Part shown: positions 49,068 to 58,079 of the stretch, piece by piece
How positions within the stretch are numbered: position 1 is the first letter of the stretch
Layout of the letters: each line of letters begins with the position of its first letter
Assembly (NCBI GenBank): GCA_048938385.1
Contig: JBHLMG010000006.1
Span: forward strand, 1-64,000
Length of the DNA stretch: 64,000 nucleotides
Source of the DNA: Promethearchaeota archaeon
GTDB taxonomy: Archaea > Asgardarchaeota > Hermodarchaeia > Hermodarchaeales > Hermodarchaeaceae
Direction: 5' to 3'
Made by a program: the position numbers and the translations under genes
Notes under the pieces: generated by a model
What the model saw: only the letters and a program-made list of their open reading frames with translations
The model's database searches: none
What the model was told of the DNA's origin: nothing

Positions 49068-51980
49068 TTAGAGGTTGCGGAGGACCCGCCCAACATTCGT
49101 GCGTCCTGCACGACGTGCAGGGATGTAAGTTCCAATGCTCATTCCGACTAAGACAATAGCGAGTACGAAGATGAGTAACAAGAATGGGATGCCCAACTGA
49201 AAGGGTACAACGAAGGGAAAGGGAAAGAGGCTTAACAGGACATTCATCAACAGCCAAGAGAAGATGAAACCAAGAAACATGGCAACGAGGAAGGAGACCA
49301 GGATGAGCCCAATGAATTCTCCGACAACAATGCTGATAATCTGGCGTCGAGTGCTGCCCACCGCTCGCATAATAGCATATTCTGTCTGTCGTTCTGTTAC
49401 GATCACGCCTACAAAGAGTGTGAGCGCAATTATACTAATGACCAGGCAGGCCAAGAAGCCAATTGAAAGAATGCTTATCACTCCACGGTTGAAGAGGTAT
49501 CCATCGGGATAGGCCTCTTCAAGCGAAAAGGTTGAAGGCGAATGAACCTTTGTGGGGAATCCCAGAGCTAGAACATTAGTTTGAACTTCTTCTATAGTTG
49601 CATGGTCATTAATACTGGCAAGAATCAATTGCATGTTAGTCATATTCAGACCAGTTAAATAACTCAAGTTGACGAGGGCATATGGTTGTGATTCTTGGAA
49701 CTGAAAGCCATTAGTGGTATCTATTGGTCGGGAGGGATCCTCTGGATCAAAATACCCTAGCCCAGGTGTACTAAAGCCTAAACCCACAATTCTGAAGGGG
49801 AATTCTTCGGCGATTCCACCACCTTGTTCATAGACAATCACAGGGAGGCCTTCACCGACACCTCTACCCAATCGTTCAGCAAGTGTGTGTGGAAAGATAA
49901 TCCCTGTGGGATCGTTTTGCAAGTTTTGAAGTACTGTGTAAGGATCGGCTCCTATTATGCTACTGGGATCCCATTTCCCTATTTCAATAAGAGCATCAAC
50001 ATCGATTCCATAAATTGCAAAGGAGATGGTTCCAATTAATCCCCAGGTCCGAATTAGTGGAGTAGCTTTTTCGATGCCGGGAATTGCGAGGACTTCAGCG
50101 ATACGGTTGCTGGGAACAATGTCGCTTTGGATTCGAAGGTCTGCTCCAATGAAGTATTCGATTTGACGATTAGCATTTATTTGTACAGTTTGAGCTTCAA
50201 CCACGGCGAAGATGGTAACTGAGAAAGTGAGAGTGAGAATCAGGAGGAGAGGTACGATACGCTCTCGTCGTGTTCGCATGCTTTTCTCAAAGATAAACGC
50301 TCTTTCTCCAAAGATCGGTCGAAAGCCCCGTGTAATTCCTGCTACACCACGGCGAACGATTCGGGATCCTGAGTCACTAAGTAGCGTCCAAATAACCACG
50401 GCATAGATGAACTGTAGGATGGCAACCATTGGAGTTGCGGGAATCCAGATAATTGCTACATAGAAGAATCCAAGTAATGCGAGACAGCCAATGAAATAGA
50501 GAATAGTGACGACGAGGTCTGATTCTCCTGGTGGATTGATACCTACCATTGCTCGATAGATTTCTGTCCGTAGGAAAGATCGGACATATATCATTGTAAA
50601 GACCAAGGGGGGAACTAAGCAAGAGATTGTTGCTATTATCCATGTGAGGGGTTCGAGTCTTACAACAGAGAAAAAGCGGTTGAATATTGTTAAATCAAAT
50701 TGAAGAAAGCCTATAGAGGCGGGAATGAGGGAACCCACAAAGAGGCTAATCACCATACCTAAACATAAAGCTACAATTCCAATGGTTATAAACTCAAGAA
50801 TGAAGGCCGCATAAAGCTGATAAAAACTAGCACCCCTTGCACGAAGAATAGCTACTTCAGCCCGGCGCCCACTGAGGAATATATTAGTTGCAAAAGTTGT
50901 GAGAAAGATGGAAAGGATGATTACTGGGGCGACGAGTACAGCCATGGTTTGACGCGAGCGATATGCCGCGATATATTCTTCAAGGAATAGAAGTTGGCGT
51001 TCACCAAACACGGATATGGCGTTCTGAAATTCAACTTCTGCTTGTTCTTTAAGGGCTCTAATGATTTGAGGAACGCGGTCTAACCCGTAGGTTAGGAGTT
51101 CTGCGGAATCTAGTCGAACTAAAAGTCGAGGGTAGACTGTATTGACCGTCAAGGTGTCGCGTGTGCCATCATCTATTTGGTTGTAATGGAAAATGATGCC
51201 ATCATTCCAACCAAAAACCTGCTCTAGCCCTGACCCCACATAGTTTGTTCGACCCATTCCATCAAAGGCACTGTATAACACCGTATCTTCAGGTGGGAGA
51301 GAATAAATCCCAATGACCTGGACTTGTGTGATATTGAATCGGTTTATATCACCGATATCGGATGGTTCACTTGTTTCTACATTGATTGAGGCAACTGCAA
51401 TATCGATTATGCTACCAATGGTTATGGTTTGATTGAGAACTGCTTCAGCATCTGCGACTGCTCGAGCGCTAATTAGACAAGTTCCAGGAGTTACTGCATA
51501 GGTACCAGTTATGTTTAATTTTGAGTGAAAAATTTCTAGGAAGCTATCTTGGACGAAGAATGTTTGGAGGTCCTTGATTCCGTTCGCATAAGGATATGGA
51601 TAATAGAGCGTGCTTTCACTTAATTCAGTTCCGTTAAGAATTCCAACTGAATGGTATACTACATGTGAGTCTTTGTATATTGATTGAGATCTGAACCAAT
51701 CTTGGACATCAAAAACTAATCGGGGCTGTCCAGAAACACGCTGGAAGACATTATATTGATAGATATTGCCTTCGAAATAGTCATCAATGGCAACTCGTGT
51801 TCCAGTGTCTGTCCAGACGAATACAGAGGATACGAGGGCAATCCCAATAACCATACCTAATAAAAGACTTAATGAACGGGCTTTGTGTTTGCGGATACTA
51901 TTCCCCACATAACTGGCAATATACCAGCGACTGCCGGTTAAATTCGATGCAGAAACGGGCGAGCCAGAGTTTCTGCTCAT
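49068..51980 (-). CDS. Large FtsX/MacB-type ABC permease, paralog of 42706..45693
   Basis: RRAEVAILRARGAS, ERQTEYAIMRAVGS; shares FVWTDTG.RVAIDDYF and GIKD.QTF with the paralog. Confidence 0.9.
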   Translation of the reverse strand: MSRNSGSPVSASNLTGSRWYIASYVGNSIRKHKARSLSLLLGMVIGIALVSSVFVWTDTGTRVAIDDYFEGNIYQYNVFQRVSGQPRLVFDVQDWFRSQSIYKDSHVVYHSVGILNGTELSESTLYYPYPYANGIKDLQTFFVQDSFLEIFHSKLNITGTYAVTPGTCLISARAVADAEAVLNQTITIGSIIDIAVASINVETSEPSDIGDINRFNITQVQVIGIYSLPPEDTVLYSAFDGMGRTNYVGSGLEQVFGWNDGIIFHYNQIDDGTRDTLTVNTVYPRLLVRLDSAELLTYGLDRVPQIIRALKEQAEVEFQNAISVFGERQLLFLEEYIAAYRSRQTMAVLVAPVIILSIFLTTFATNIFLSGRRAEVAILRARGASFYQLYAAFILEFITIGIVALCLGMVISLFVGSLIPASIGFLQFDLTIFNRFFSVVRLEPLTWIIATISCLVPPLVFTMIYVRSFLRTEIYRAMVGINPPGESDLVVTILYFIGCLALLGFFYVAIIWIPATPMVAILQFIYAVVIWTLLSDSGSRIVRRGVAGITRGFRPIFGERAFIFEKSMRTRRERIVPLLLILTLTFSVTIFAVVEAQTVQINANRQIEYFIGADLRIQSDIVPSNRIAEVLAIPGIEKATPLIRTWGLIGTISFAIYGIDVDALIEIGKWDPSSIIGADPYTVLQNLQNDPTGIIFPHTLAERLGRGVGEGLPVIVYEQGGGIAEEFPFRIVGLGFSTPGLGYFDPEDPSRPIDTTNGFQFQESQPYALVNLSYLTGLNMTNMQLILASINDHATIEEVQTNVLALGFPTKVHSPSTFSLEEAYPDGYLFNRGVISILSIGFLACLVISIIALTLFVGVIVTERQTEYAIMRAVGSTRRQIISIVVGEFIGLILVSFLVAMFLGFIFSWLLMNVLLSLFPFPFVVPFQLGIPFLLLIFVLAIVLVGMSIGTYIPARRAGRTNVGRVLRNL

Positions 51981-52717
51981 GATTGCTCCTCCTCTTGGCC
52001 AAGATCAGTCCCGTAAACTGAAGTGTCGGTATGAAGTTTTCCATATTGGAGGACAAGAATGCGGTCTGCAGCACTAGCAACTTCAGGATCATGAGTAGCA
52101 ACTACAAGCGCCTTGTTATGATTGTGAGCGAGTTCTTGGAATAACCGAATAATTTCCACTCCAGTCGTCGTATCTAAGTTACCAGTGGGTTCATCTGCAA
52201 GGAGAATAACAGGCTCATTGGCTAATGCGCGTGCAAGAGCGACCCGTTGCATCTGTCCCCCAGACATTTCGTTGGGATATTGTTCTGCTGAGTCTCGCAT
52301 CCCAACCATGTCAAGAAGATCGAGGGCATGTTGAATACGCTCCTCCTTCGAGATATTGGCAAAAATCATCGGTACTTCAACATTTTCTCGAGCGTTCATA
52401 ATATCTAGAAGATAAAATCCTTGAAACACGATGCCGATTTTATCTCGACGAAGAAGCGAAAGCTCAGTGTCGCTAAGCCCATTTAGGGATGTATTGTCGA
52501 TTGATATTTCGCCTTCTGAAGGCTTATCAAGCAAGGCAAGGAGATTGATGAGAGTAGTTTTCCCACTCCCACTAGCTCCCACAATCGCTACAAACTCACC
52601 TTGCCTAACTGTGAAATCAAGCCCTTTTAGCACCTCGACTCTTAGTTCGCCCTCCTCATAGGTTTTGAATACATTTTTGCAATCAATAACAATGCGGTTG
52701 GAAGACAATCTCTGCAC
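51977..52717 (-). CDS. LolD/MacB-type ABC ATP-binding protein
   Basis: GASGSGKT, MSGGQMQR, LLADEPTGNLD, ATHD. Confidence 0.93.
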   Translation of the reverse strand: MQRLSSNRIVIDCKNVFKTYEEGELRVEVLKGLDFTVRQGEFVAIVGASGSGKTTLINLLALLDKPSEGEISIDNTSLNGLSDTELSLLRRDKIGIVFQGFYLLDIMNARENVEVPMIFANISKEERIQHALDLLDMVGMRDSAEQYPNEMSGGQMQRVALARALANEPVILLADEPTGNLDTTTGVEIIRLFQELAHNHNKALVVATHDPEVASAADRILVLQYGKLHTDTSVYGTDLGQEEEQS

Positions 52718-52915
52718 CTTGGTCTACATGATCGGCGGAACCTGTGGATAGCTGAAGCTGCATCTTTAATCTCAGCTTTAAGTGGCTGGCATGTACAAAA
52801 TTCTACTTTAGAAGTTATCGGTTCTGGCAGCAATTATTTTTGTAAGCGGTAACCATGTCCTCAGATTTTAAAATGAAAGGGTCATGTTATGTGCAAGGAT
52901 GCAAGCATGGTACAA

Positions 52916-53856
52916 CTAAAGTTTTGGGAGCACTTTTTTGCCAAGAATTTGCATCTGCTCAACTTCTTTGTTGTGCGGGAACATGAAAATCACATCAGAG
53001 ACGCCAAGATTTTGGAATTGCCGAAGCCGTCTAAGCATCTGAGCCGTTGTCCCCCAAAGCGCTTGATCAACTCGAGCACGATATTCTTCAGGTGCGATTT
53101 TCCGTTCTTTTGCACCTTCGATTATTGCAGTCTCCCTTTCTTGTTTTGATTTAAAGTGATTGGTCCACAAGCCCACTGAGATTCGGACATCATTCACATC
53201 CCGTCCATATTTTGTACAAAGGTCTGATAGGCGTTGTAATCTGGGCTGTAATGTCTCAGGTGTACTCATCCAAGCAATGTTGATTCCATTTCCATATTGT
53301 GCCGTTACGCGCAGCATCAGTTCTTTGCCCTGTTGTGCCCCAATCCAAATAGGCATGGACGCTGCAATGGTTTGGGATAGGAAATAACATCATTAACTTG
53401 GTAGTATTTTCCTTGGTAGGTGAATCGCTCGTTGGCCCAAATGCCCCGAATTATTTGCACCGCATCTGCTAACTGGTTAATCCGTGTTTTAGCATCGGGA
53501 AACGGATAACCGTAGGCATTGTATTCAATTTCTTTCCATCCAGCACCAATCCCAAATTCCAAACGCCCTTTTGATAACACATCTAAGGTTGCAGCCATTT
53601 TTGCAGTTAATGCAGGATTTCGATAACTCTGACAAAATACCATACTACCGACACGAATAGTAGGATTCTGTTGAGTTAATGCCACCATTAGCAACCAAGG
53701 ATCTAAAAGAACCCGATCTGTGGCGTTCTTATCCAGCATAAAATGATCGCTAAACCAAAGAGTTGAATACCCATATTTTAAAGCCATGTCAGCGATGTAG
53801 GTGATGTCTTCAAAATTATAACCAAATTGAGGTTCTATTTGAACACCAAAATTCAT
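52916..53856 (-). pseudogene. LLM-class F420-dependent oxidoreductase split by a 1-nt frameshift (pseudogene or assembly error)
   Basis: 53317..53856 runs to PKPLQRP and 52916..53356 continues MPIWIG. Minus-strand DNA reads CGT CC ATG CCT ATT TGG, one base short of R-P-M-P-I-W. Confidence 0.85.
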
Positions 53857-53970
53857 TCTTACTCACCATCCTCGTGGAGCGTCCAACTAGTCTCTCATTG
53901 GGGGGAGCTTAAATAACATTAACTCGCTAACCCAGCGAGTAGAGATAAAGGACATGGAGTTACAAAAATC

Positions 53971-55017
53971 ATGCCCGTCAAACTAGCGGAGATCGTTTCA
54001 GAGGTTAAAGATTATTGGGGATTACGTCGAAAACAGCCAATCGGCAACCTAGTCAAGGTGTTACGAAGAGAGGGATTCAAGTGCCCCCATGTTTTATCTT
54101 CAATTGGTGAGGATTCCGCAGCAATTGATCTGGGCGGGGACAATCTCATTCTCTTGTCAACAGACGCTGTCATTCCCGAGCTAGCGCAAGCTAAACCCTA
54201 TATCGCTGGTTACGCAGCTATTTTGGTCAATGTCAACGACATTTATGCTGCTGGTGGTCGTCCGATTGTAGCTATGGTCAATATTGCCTTTACAGACCTT
54301 GAAGTGGGAGTTCAGATGATGGAGGGAATTTGCGAAGCGGGCCAGAAGTTTCGTGTTGAGGTAGTGCGGGGACATACCACACCAAACGCACCAATGAATA
54401 GCGTGAGCGCCTCGATTTGCGGGACGGTACCCCGTGATAATTATGTCAGCGCAGGCGGTGCTCGAGAAGGAGATCACCTAGTTCTTGCCATTGATCTGCA
54501 GGGCCGTGTATCACCCAACTATGAGTATGGATGGGATACCACAGCCCTCAAACAATCTGCAGAGATACTGACACGGTATGAAGCCATGCGCGTTCTATCA
54601 GACAAGAATCTTCTGAACGCGTCTAAGGATTTGAGTAATGGTGGTATCATTGGAACGATTCTCCTAATGCTAGAGTATGCTCAAAAGGGTGCAGAGATTG
54701 ATCTCGAAGCAATCCCGATTCCTAAAGGGTTGGATCTCCGCACATGGTTGAAGATGTACATTTCTACAGGATTCGTCATAGCTACGTCACAGGAGCGAGT
54801 CAACCAAGTGATTTCGATTTTTGCTGAACATAAGCTCCATGCTGCAAAAATCGGAAATGTGAATGACAGTCAGAAACTAGTTTTAACTTTTGACAAGGAT
54901 TCGATGACCATCTTTGATTTTCGTAAAGAAACCATTGTTGCACCCCCTCCTCCACCTCAGCTCAATCGAGTCTCCGCACTTGAGGAAGATCAACCCACGA
55001 GGAAAAAGAGAGCCTAG
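53971..55017 (+). CDS. AIR synthase-related protein (PurM/ThiL/SelD superfamily; methanogenesis-marker-2-like)
   Basis: GEDSAAI, VNVNDIYAAGGRP, GHT, KDLSNGGIIGT, GFV. Confidence 0.85.
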   Translation: MPVKLAEIVSEVKDYWGLRRKQPIGNLVKVLRREGFKCPHVLSSIGEDSAAIDLGGDNLILLSTDAVIPELAQAKPYIAGYAAILVNVNDIYAAGGRPIVAMVNIAFTDLEVGVQMMEGICEAGQKFRVEVVRGHTTPNAPMNSVSASICGTVPRDNYVSAGGAREGDHLVLAIDLQGRVSPNYEYGWDTTALKQSAEILTRYEAMRVLSDKNLLNASKDLSNGGIIGTILLMLEYAQKGAEIDLEAIPIPKGLDLRTWLKMYISTGFVIATSQERVNQVISIFAEHKLHAAKIGNVNDSQKLVLTFDKDSMTIFDFRKETIVAPPPPPQLNRVSALEEDQPTRKKRA

Positions 55018-55064
55018 CCATAAATAGGAGTATGTGGTAAACATTTGTATGAACACACCTTCTG

Positions 55065-55667
55065 GTGATTAAGATGGCAAATGAGGAAAAAGACTGGAAT
55101 GCTGAAGCTTCGAAAGTAACCAAGACCGTTCAAGATTTTGTAGAAGAGCTCGCAACGGCTGTTATGGAAGAGAGGCAACTTAGAGAGACTGCAGAAGCGC
55201 GGATAGAGGAACTCATGAAGGAGTTAGAGAGCAATAAATCCAAAGCCGAGCGGTTGCAGCGGACCGTCAATGAATTGAAAGTCTCTGCTGACGAGGGATC
55301 TAAACTCCAGACCGAAAATGAAGCCCTCCAATCTGAACTTAATGCCATCAAGACTCAGCTCGAGAAGATGTCGACTACTTACAAAGAATTAATTGCTGAA
55401 CAAGAAGCTACTATCCCTGTACAAGAGCTTCTGGCGTTATACATTGCTTTGCTCGAAGAAGTGTTCTTTGCTCAACCTCATGCCAAGACGCTCTTTCTGT
55501 TGCATGGCCGAAAGAAGCAAATGACCCGTGATGAAATTATTAAGACCGCAGGTCACGAAGCCACGGCAATTCGTAAAGCCTTAGGAGATTTATCCCGAGC
55601 TAACCTCATCGATTATGATGTTGAAAAGGGAAACGCTCAATTGAAGAAGCGCCTCTATCCAACCTAG
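55065..55667 (+). CDS. Coiled-coil protein with C-terminal winged helix-turn-helix
   Basis: Heptad-rich residues about 10-115; C-terminal KTLFLLH..MTRDEIIKTAG..AIRKALGDLSRANLIDYD wHTH pattern. Confidence 0.75.
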   Translation: MIKMANEEKDWNAEASKVTKTVQDFVEELATAVMEERQLRETAEARIEELMKELESNKSKAERLQRTVNELKVSADEGSKLQTENEALQSELNAIKTQLEKMSTTYKELIAEQEATIPVQELLALYIALLEEVFFAQPHAKTLFLLHGRKKQMTRDEIIKTAGHEATAIRKALGDLSRANLIDYDVEKGNAQLKKRLYPT

Positions 55668-56674
55668 ACTTTCAAATCGGTTAGCAATTGATTGAAGCGT
55701 GGAAGAGAATGAAGATTAGCGGTTAACGAGCACAAATACCGGCTGAGCTCAGCATTAATTATTCGTTCCAAATCAGAAAGGGTTTTACTGTCAGCTGCAC
55801 GGTCAACTAGTTCACTAGCGCTACGATAGATTACTCCGACTACACGTTTTTCAATAGTAGGCGGTCCCCAATCAAAGGATCGCAGAATCCGTTTAGCCTC
55901 GTTAAGACTCAATTTCACGGAATTCGCTCTGATGGCGTTAGCAAGTTGTTCGTAAAATTCCCCTGAAATGGTGACGATTTTAGTGCTTTCACGACTAGTC
56001 AGTTCTGTCCCCATTGTTCCTCTTCGGAGGAGTTCTTGCATCAGTCCAGCACAAGGCGCCTCAGCGAGGAAGCGACGGATTAAATCAAAGAATACCTGAC
56101 TGGCAATCTGAGTGACCTTTGCGATGACTTCACTGGGTTCACTGTACCGGAAGAGTTCACGACACGCTTCAAACCAGTAGTTTGGAAGAAGGATGTGGCT
56201 TCGACTAGAATATTTATCCAGCAGTTGCTGGATAGGAGGCAGGAGCTTATTGGGATCGTTGATGGAAAGGCGTCGCTGAAATGGTTTGCCGGTTAGTTCA
56301 GCAAGGTCTTGAGTCGCCTCGATCACTAATCGCTGTGCCGCAGCGATGGGTTCTCTAACATCAGTTGTTGATACTTTGGCTTTTCGCGAGGTTGCGAGCG
56401 AATCCAAGGCAGTTTCAATTCGACCAAGGTGAGTGAGAATAACTTTGATGGTATCATCCACGAAGGATGAGCCTGAGGTTGTGTTATCGTTTCTGGTATT
56501 TCCCAGTGCTTGTTTCACTGAATCATGAACAGCGCGAACACCGTTAGCGAGTTGATTAATTTGTCTAGGGCTTAAGTCACCTTCAGCCTCTAAGGTTATC
56601 AGGGCGTGAATGAGCGTGGAGTTTACTGTGGTAAGAATGAGAATGCGTTCCAGTAATTCTTCAGCTGTTATCAT
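55664..56674 (-). CDS. Hypothetical alpha-helical protein; third gene of the tubulin-like operon
   Basis: 336 aa of amphipathic helices; starts 26 bp after the tubulin-like gene with a GGAG-rich upstream sequence. Confidence 0.75.
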   Translation of the reverse strand: MITAEELLERILILTTVNSTLIHALITLEAEGDLSPRQINQLANGVRAVHDSVKQALGNTRNDNTTSGSSFVDDTIKVILTHLGRIETALDSLATSRKAKVSTTDVREPIAAAQRLVIEATQDLAELTGKPFQRRLSINDPNKLLPPIQQLLDKYSSRSHILLPNYWFEACRELFRYSEPSEVIAKVTQIASQVFFDLIRRFLAEAPCAGLMQELLRRGTMGTELTSRESTKIVTISGEFYEQLANAIRANSVKLSLNEAKRILRSFDWGPPTIEKRVVGVIYRSASELVDRAADSKTLSDLERIINAELSRYLCSLTANLHSLPRFNQLLTDLKV

Positions 56675-56700
56675 CCTATCTCCGCTCCACGCATTTGGAG

Positions 56701-58050
56701 CTACTTAAGTTCGAGATTGAAAAGCTCAGCTACATCACGAATAGCAGCCCGTAAGACTTCTTCAGTGACACCTTTTGATTTCTTGAACCACCCGCGACGA
56801 AGAGGCGAGGGGCCTGCGTGTAAATCGACAAGTTCAGTAGCAGAGTTAATTAGGTCTTCAATTTCAGGGAGTTGGGGTAGACCAAGGAGTAATAGCAAAT
56901 CAGAGGGGTGTGATTCATCCTCGAAGGAGACAAAGCAGGGAGTGATCGCGGCACCCTTTGCAGTGTATTTTCTTAGGGCTTCTTTGATATGCGGGTCGTA
57001 TTCTGCTCGGGCAAATTCACGATTTCCAGAGAAGTTATAATAGGTAGAAGAGGCGTTTGGTTCGTTTCCGATTTCAGCGAAGCTACAGTGCTCAACGGCG
57101 TATTTGACCATTGTTTTAAGCTGGGTAGGGATGTTTCCAGCTGAGGGAATAATACTGACATCGGTGTATAGACAGGGAACGACGATAGGGTCAAGTTTAC
57201 GAGCATAGTCGGCGATGTCGGTGGTGGGAAATACTTCCTTGCCTGGTTCATTGACACCTGGACTGAGCATGTGTTCGACAAACCGCAGAGCAAGAGGATT
57301 AACGAGTTCAACGAAAGCCGATTCTTGTGCTCTAGAAACCTCATTGGCCCCATCAACGGTGGAGGGAACCATTCCTTCGATATCTGTGACTTTCGCCACA
57401 TCGATCGAGAGTTGTCGTTGGAGGAAGTCAGCAACTTCGCCCTCACGCCATGCGAGGATTCGGCGCAACATAGCCCGGTTGCTCAAAAGGCAGACCAGAT
57501 CTGCACCGCGGTCTTCAAGTTGGCCACGGAGAAGCTTGGATAAGGACCACATAGTGTTGAGAGCTTCAGAGGTTTGGTCTTTGAAAGGCAACACGGTAAA
57601 AACATAGACGAAGATTCGGCGACCTTCTTCTTCTTGGAACCGTTCTTTGAGAATCTCAATAAGGGCAGGTGAACCACCACATCCTGTTCCACCACCTGAT
57701 GAGGTGAAGATGACAAATCCAGAGACGCCTTCAAAACCAAGTTGAGTAAGTTGGCCCATTATGACATCTTTAAAGTCGTGAACATAGTTGTACCCGTCAG
57801 TGAAGTTGCCTCCACAGCCAATGTCTGAGGCACCATAAAGTAGGGTATTTTCTTTGGGAATGTCATATTTTTGACGGAGTTTCTGGATGTCCGAACGGTC
57901 GGTATTCATACAGAGGTATCCTCGGATGCGTGGGGGTAACATGCGTTCCCGTGCCTGTTTTAAGTAAGCGCCCACAAGATTACTTCCGCATTCCCCAATG
58001 CCGATTGCGAAGACTTCCGCGACTCGTGGTGCTTCATCGGATGTTTCCAT
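56701..58050 (-). CDS. Divergent tubulin/FtsZ-superfamily GTPase
   Basis: T1 GIGECGSNL, T2 NTD, T3 GCGGNFTDG, T4 SSGGGTGCG, T5 VLPF, T6 SNRAM, T7-like TTDIADY. Confidence 0.92.
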   Translation of the reverse strand: METSDEAPRVAEVFAIGIGECGSNLVGAYLKQARERMLPPRIRGYLCMNTDRSDIQKLRQKYDIPKENTLLYGASDIGCGGNFTDGYNYVHDFKDVIMGQLTQLGFEGVSGFVIFTSSGGGTGCGGSPALIEILKERFQEEEGRRIFVYVFTVLPFKDQTSEALNTMWSLSKLLRGQLEDRGADLVCLLSNRAMLRRILAWREGEVADFLQRQLSIDVAKVTDIEGMVPSTVDGANEVSRAQESAFVELVNPLALRFVEHMLSPGVNEPGKEVFPTTDIADYARKLDPIVVPCLYTDVSIIPSAGNIPTQLKTMVKYAVEHCSFAEIGNEPNASSTYYNFSGNREFARAEYDPHIKEALRKYTAKGAAITPCFVSFEDESHPSDLLLLLGLPQLPEIEDLINSATELVDLHAGPSPLRRGWFKKSKGVTEEVLRAAIRDVAELFNLELK

Positions 58051-58079
58051 GGTTTCTCATTCCTTTTTTTCATTGGCTC

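Noticed and set aside
49054-49257. Cys/His-rich N-terminal extension of the 405-aa ABC ATPase
   Set aside because: It overlaps the permease 3' end in another frame. An AGGAG-preceded ATG at 49053 is the better start.
53971-55017. Selenophosphate synthetase, or selenocysteine recoding in the window
   Set aside because: The protein lacks the N-terminal Cys/Sec-x-x-Lys SelD motif. I saw no gene needing in-frame TGA read-through and no convincing SECIS.
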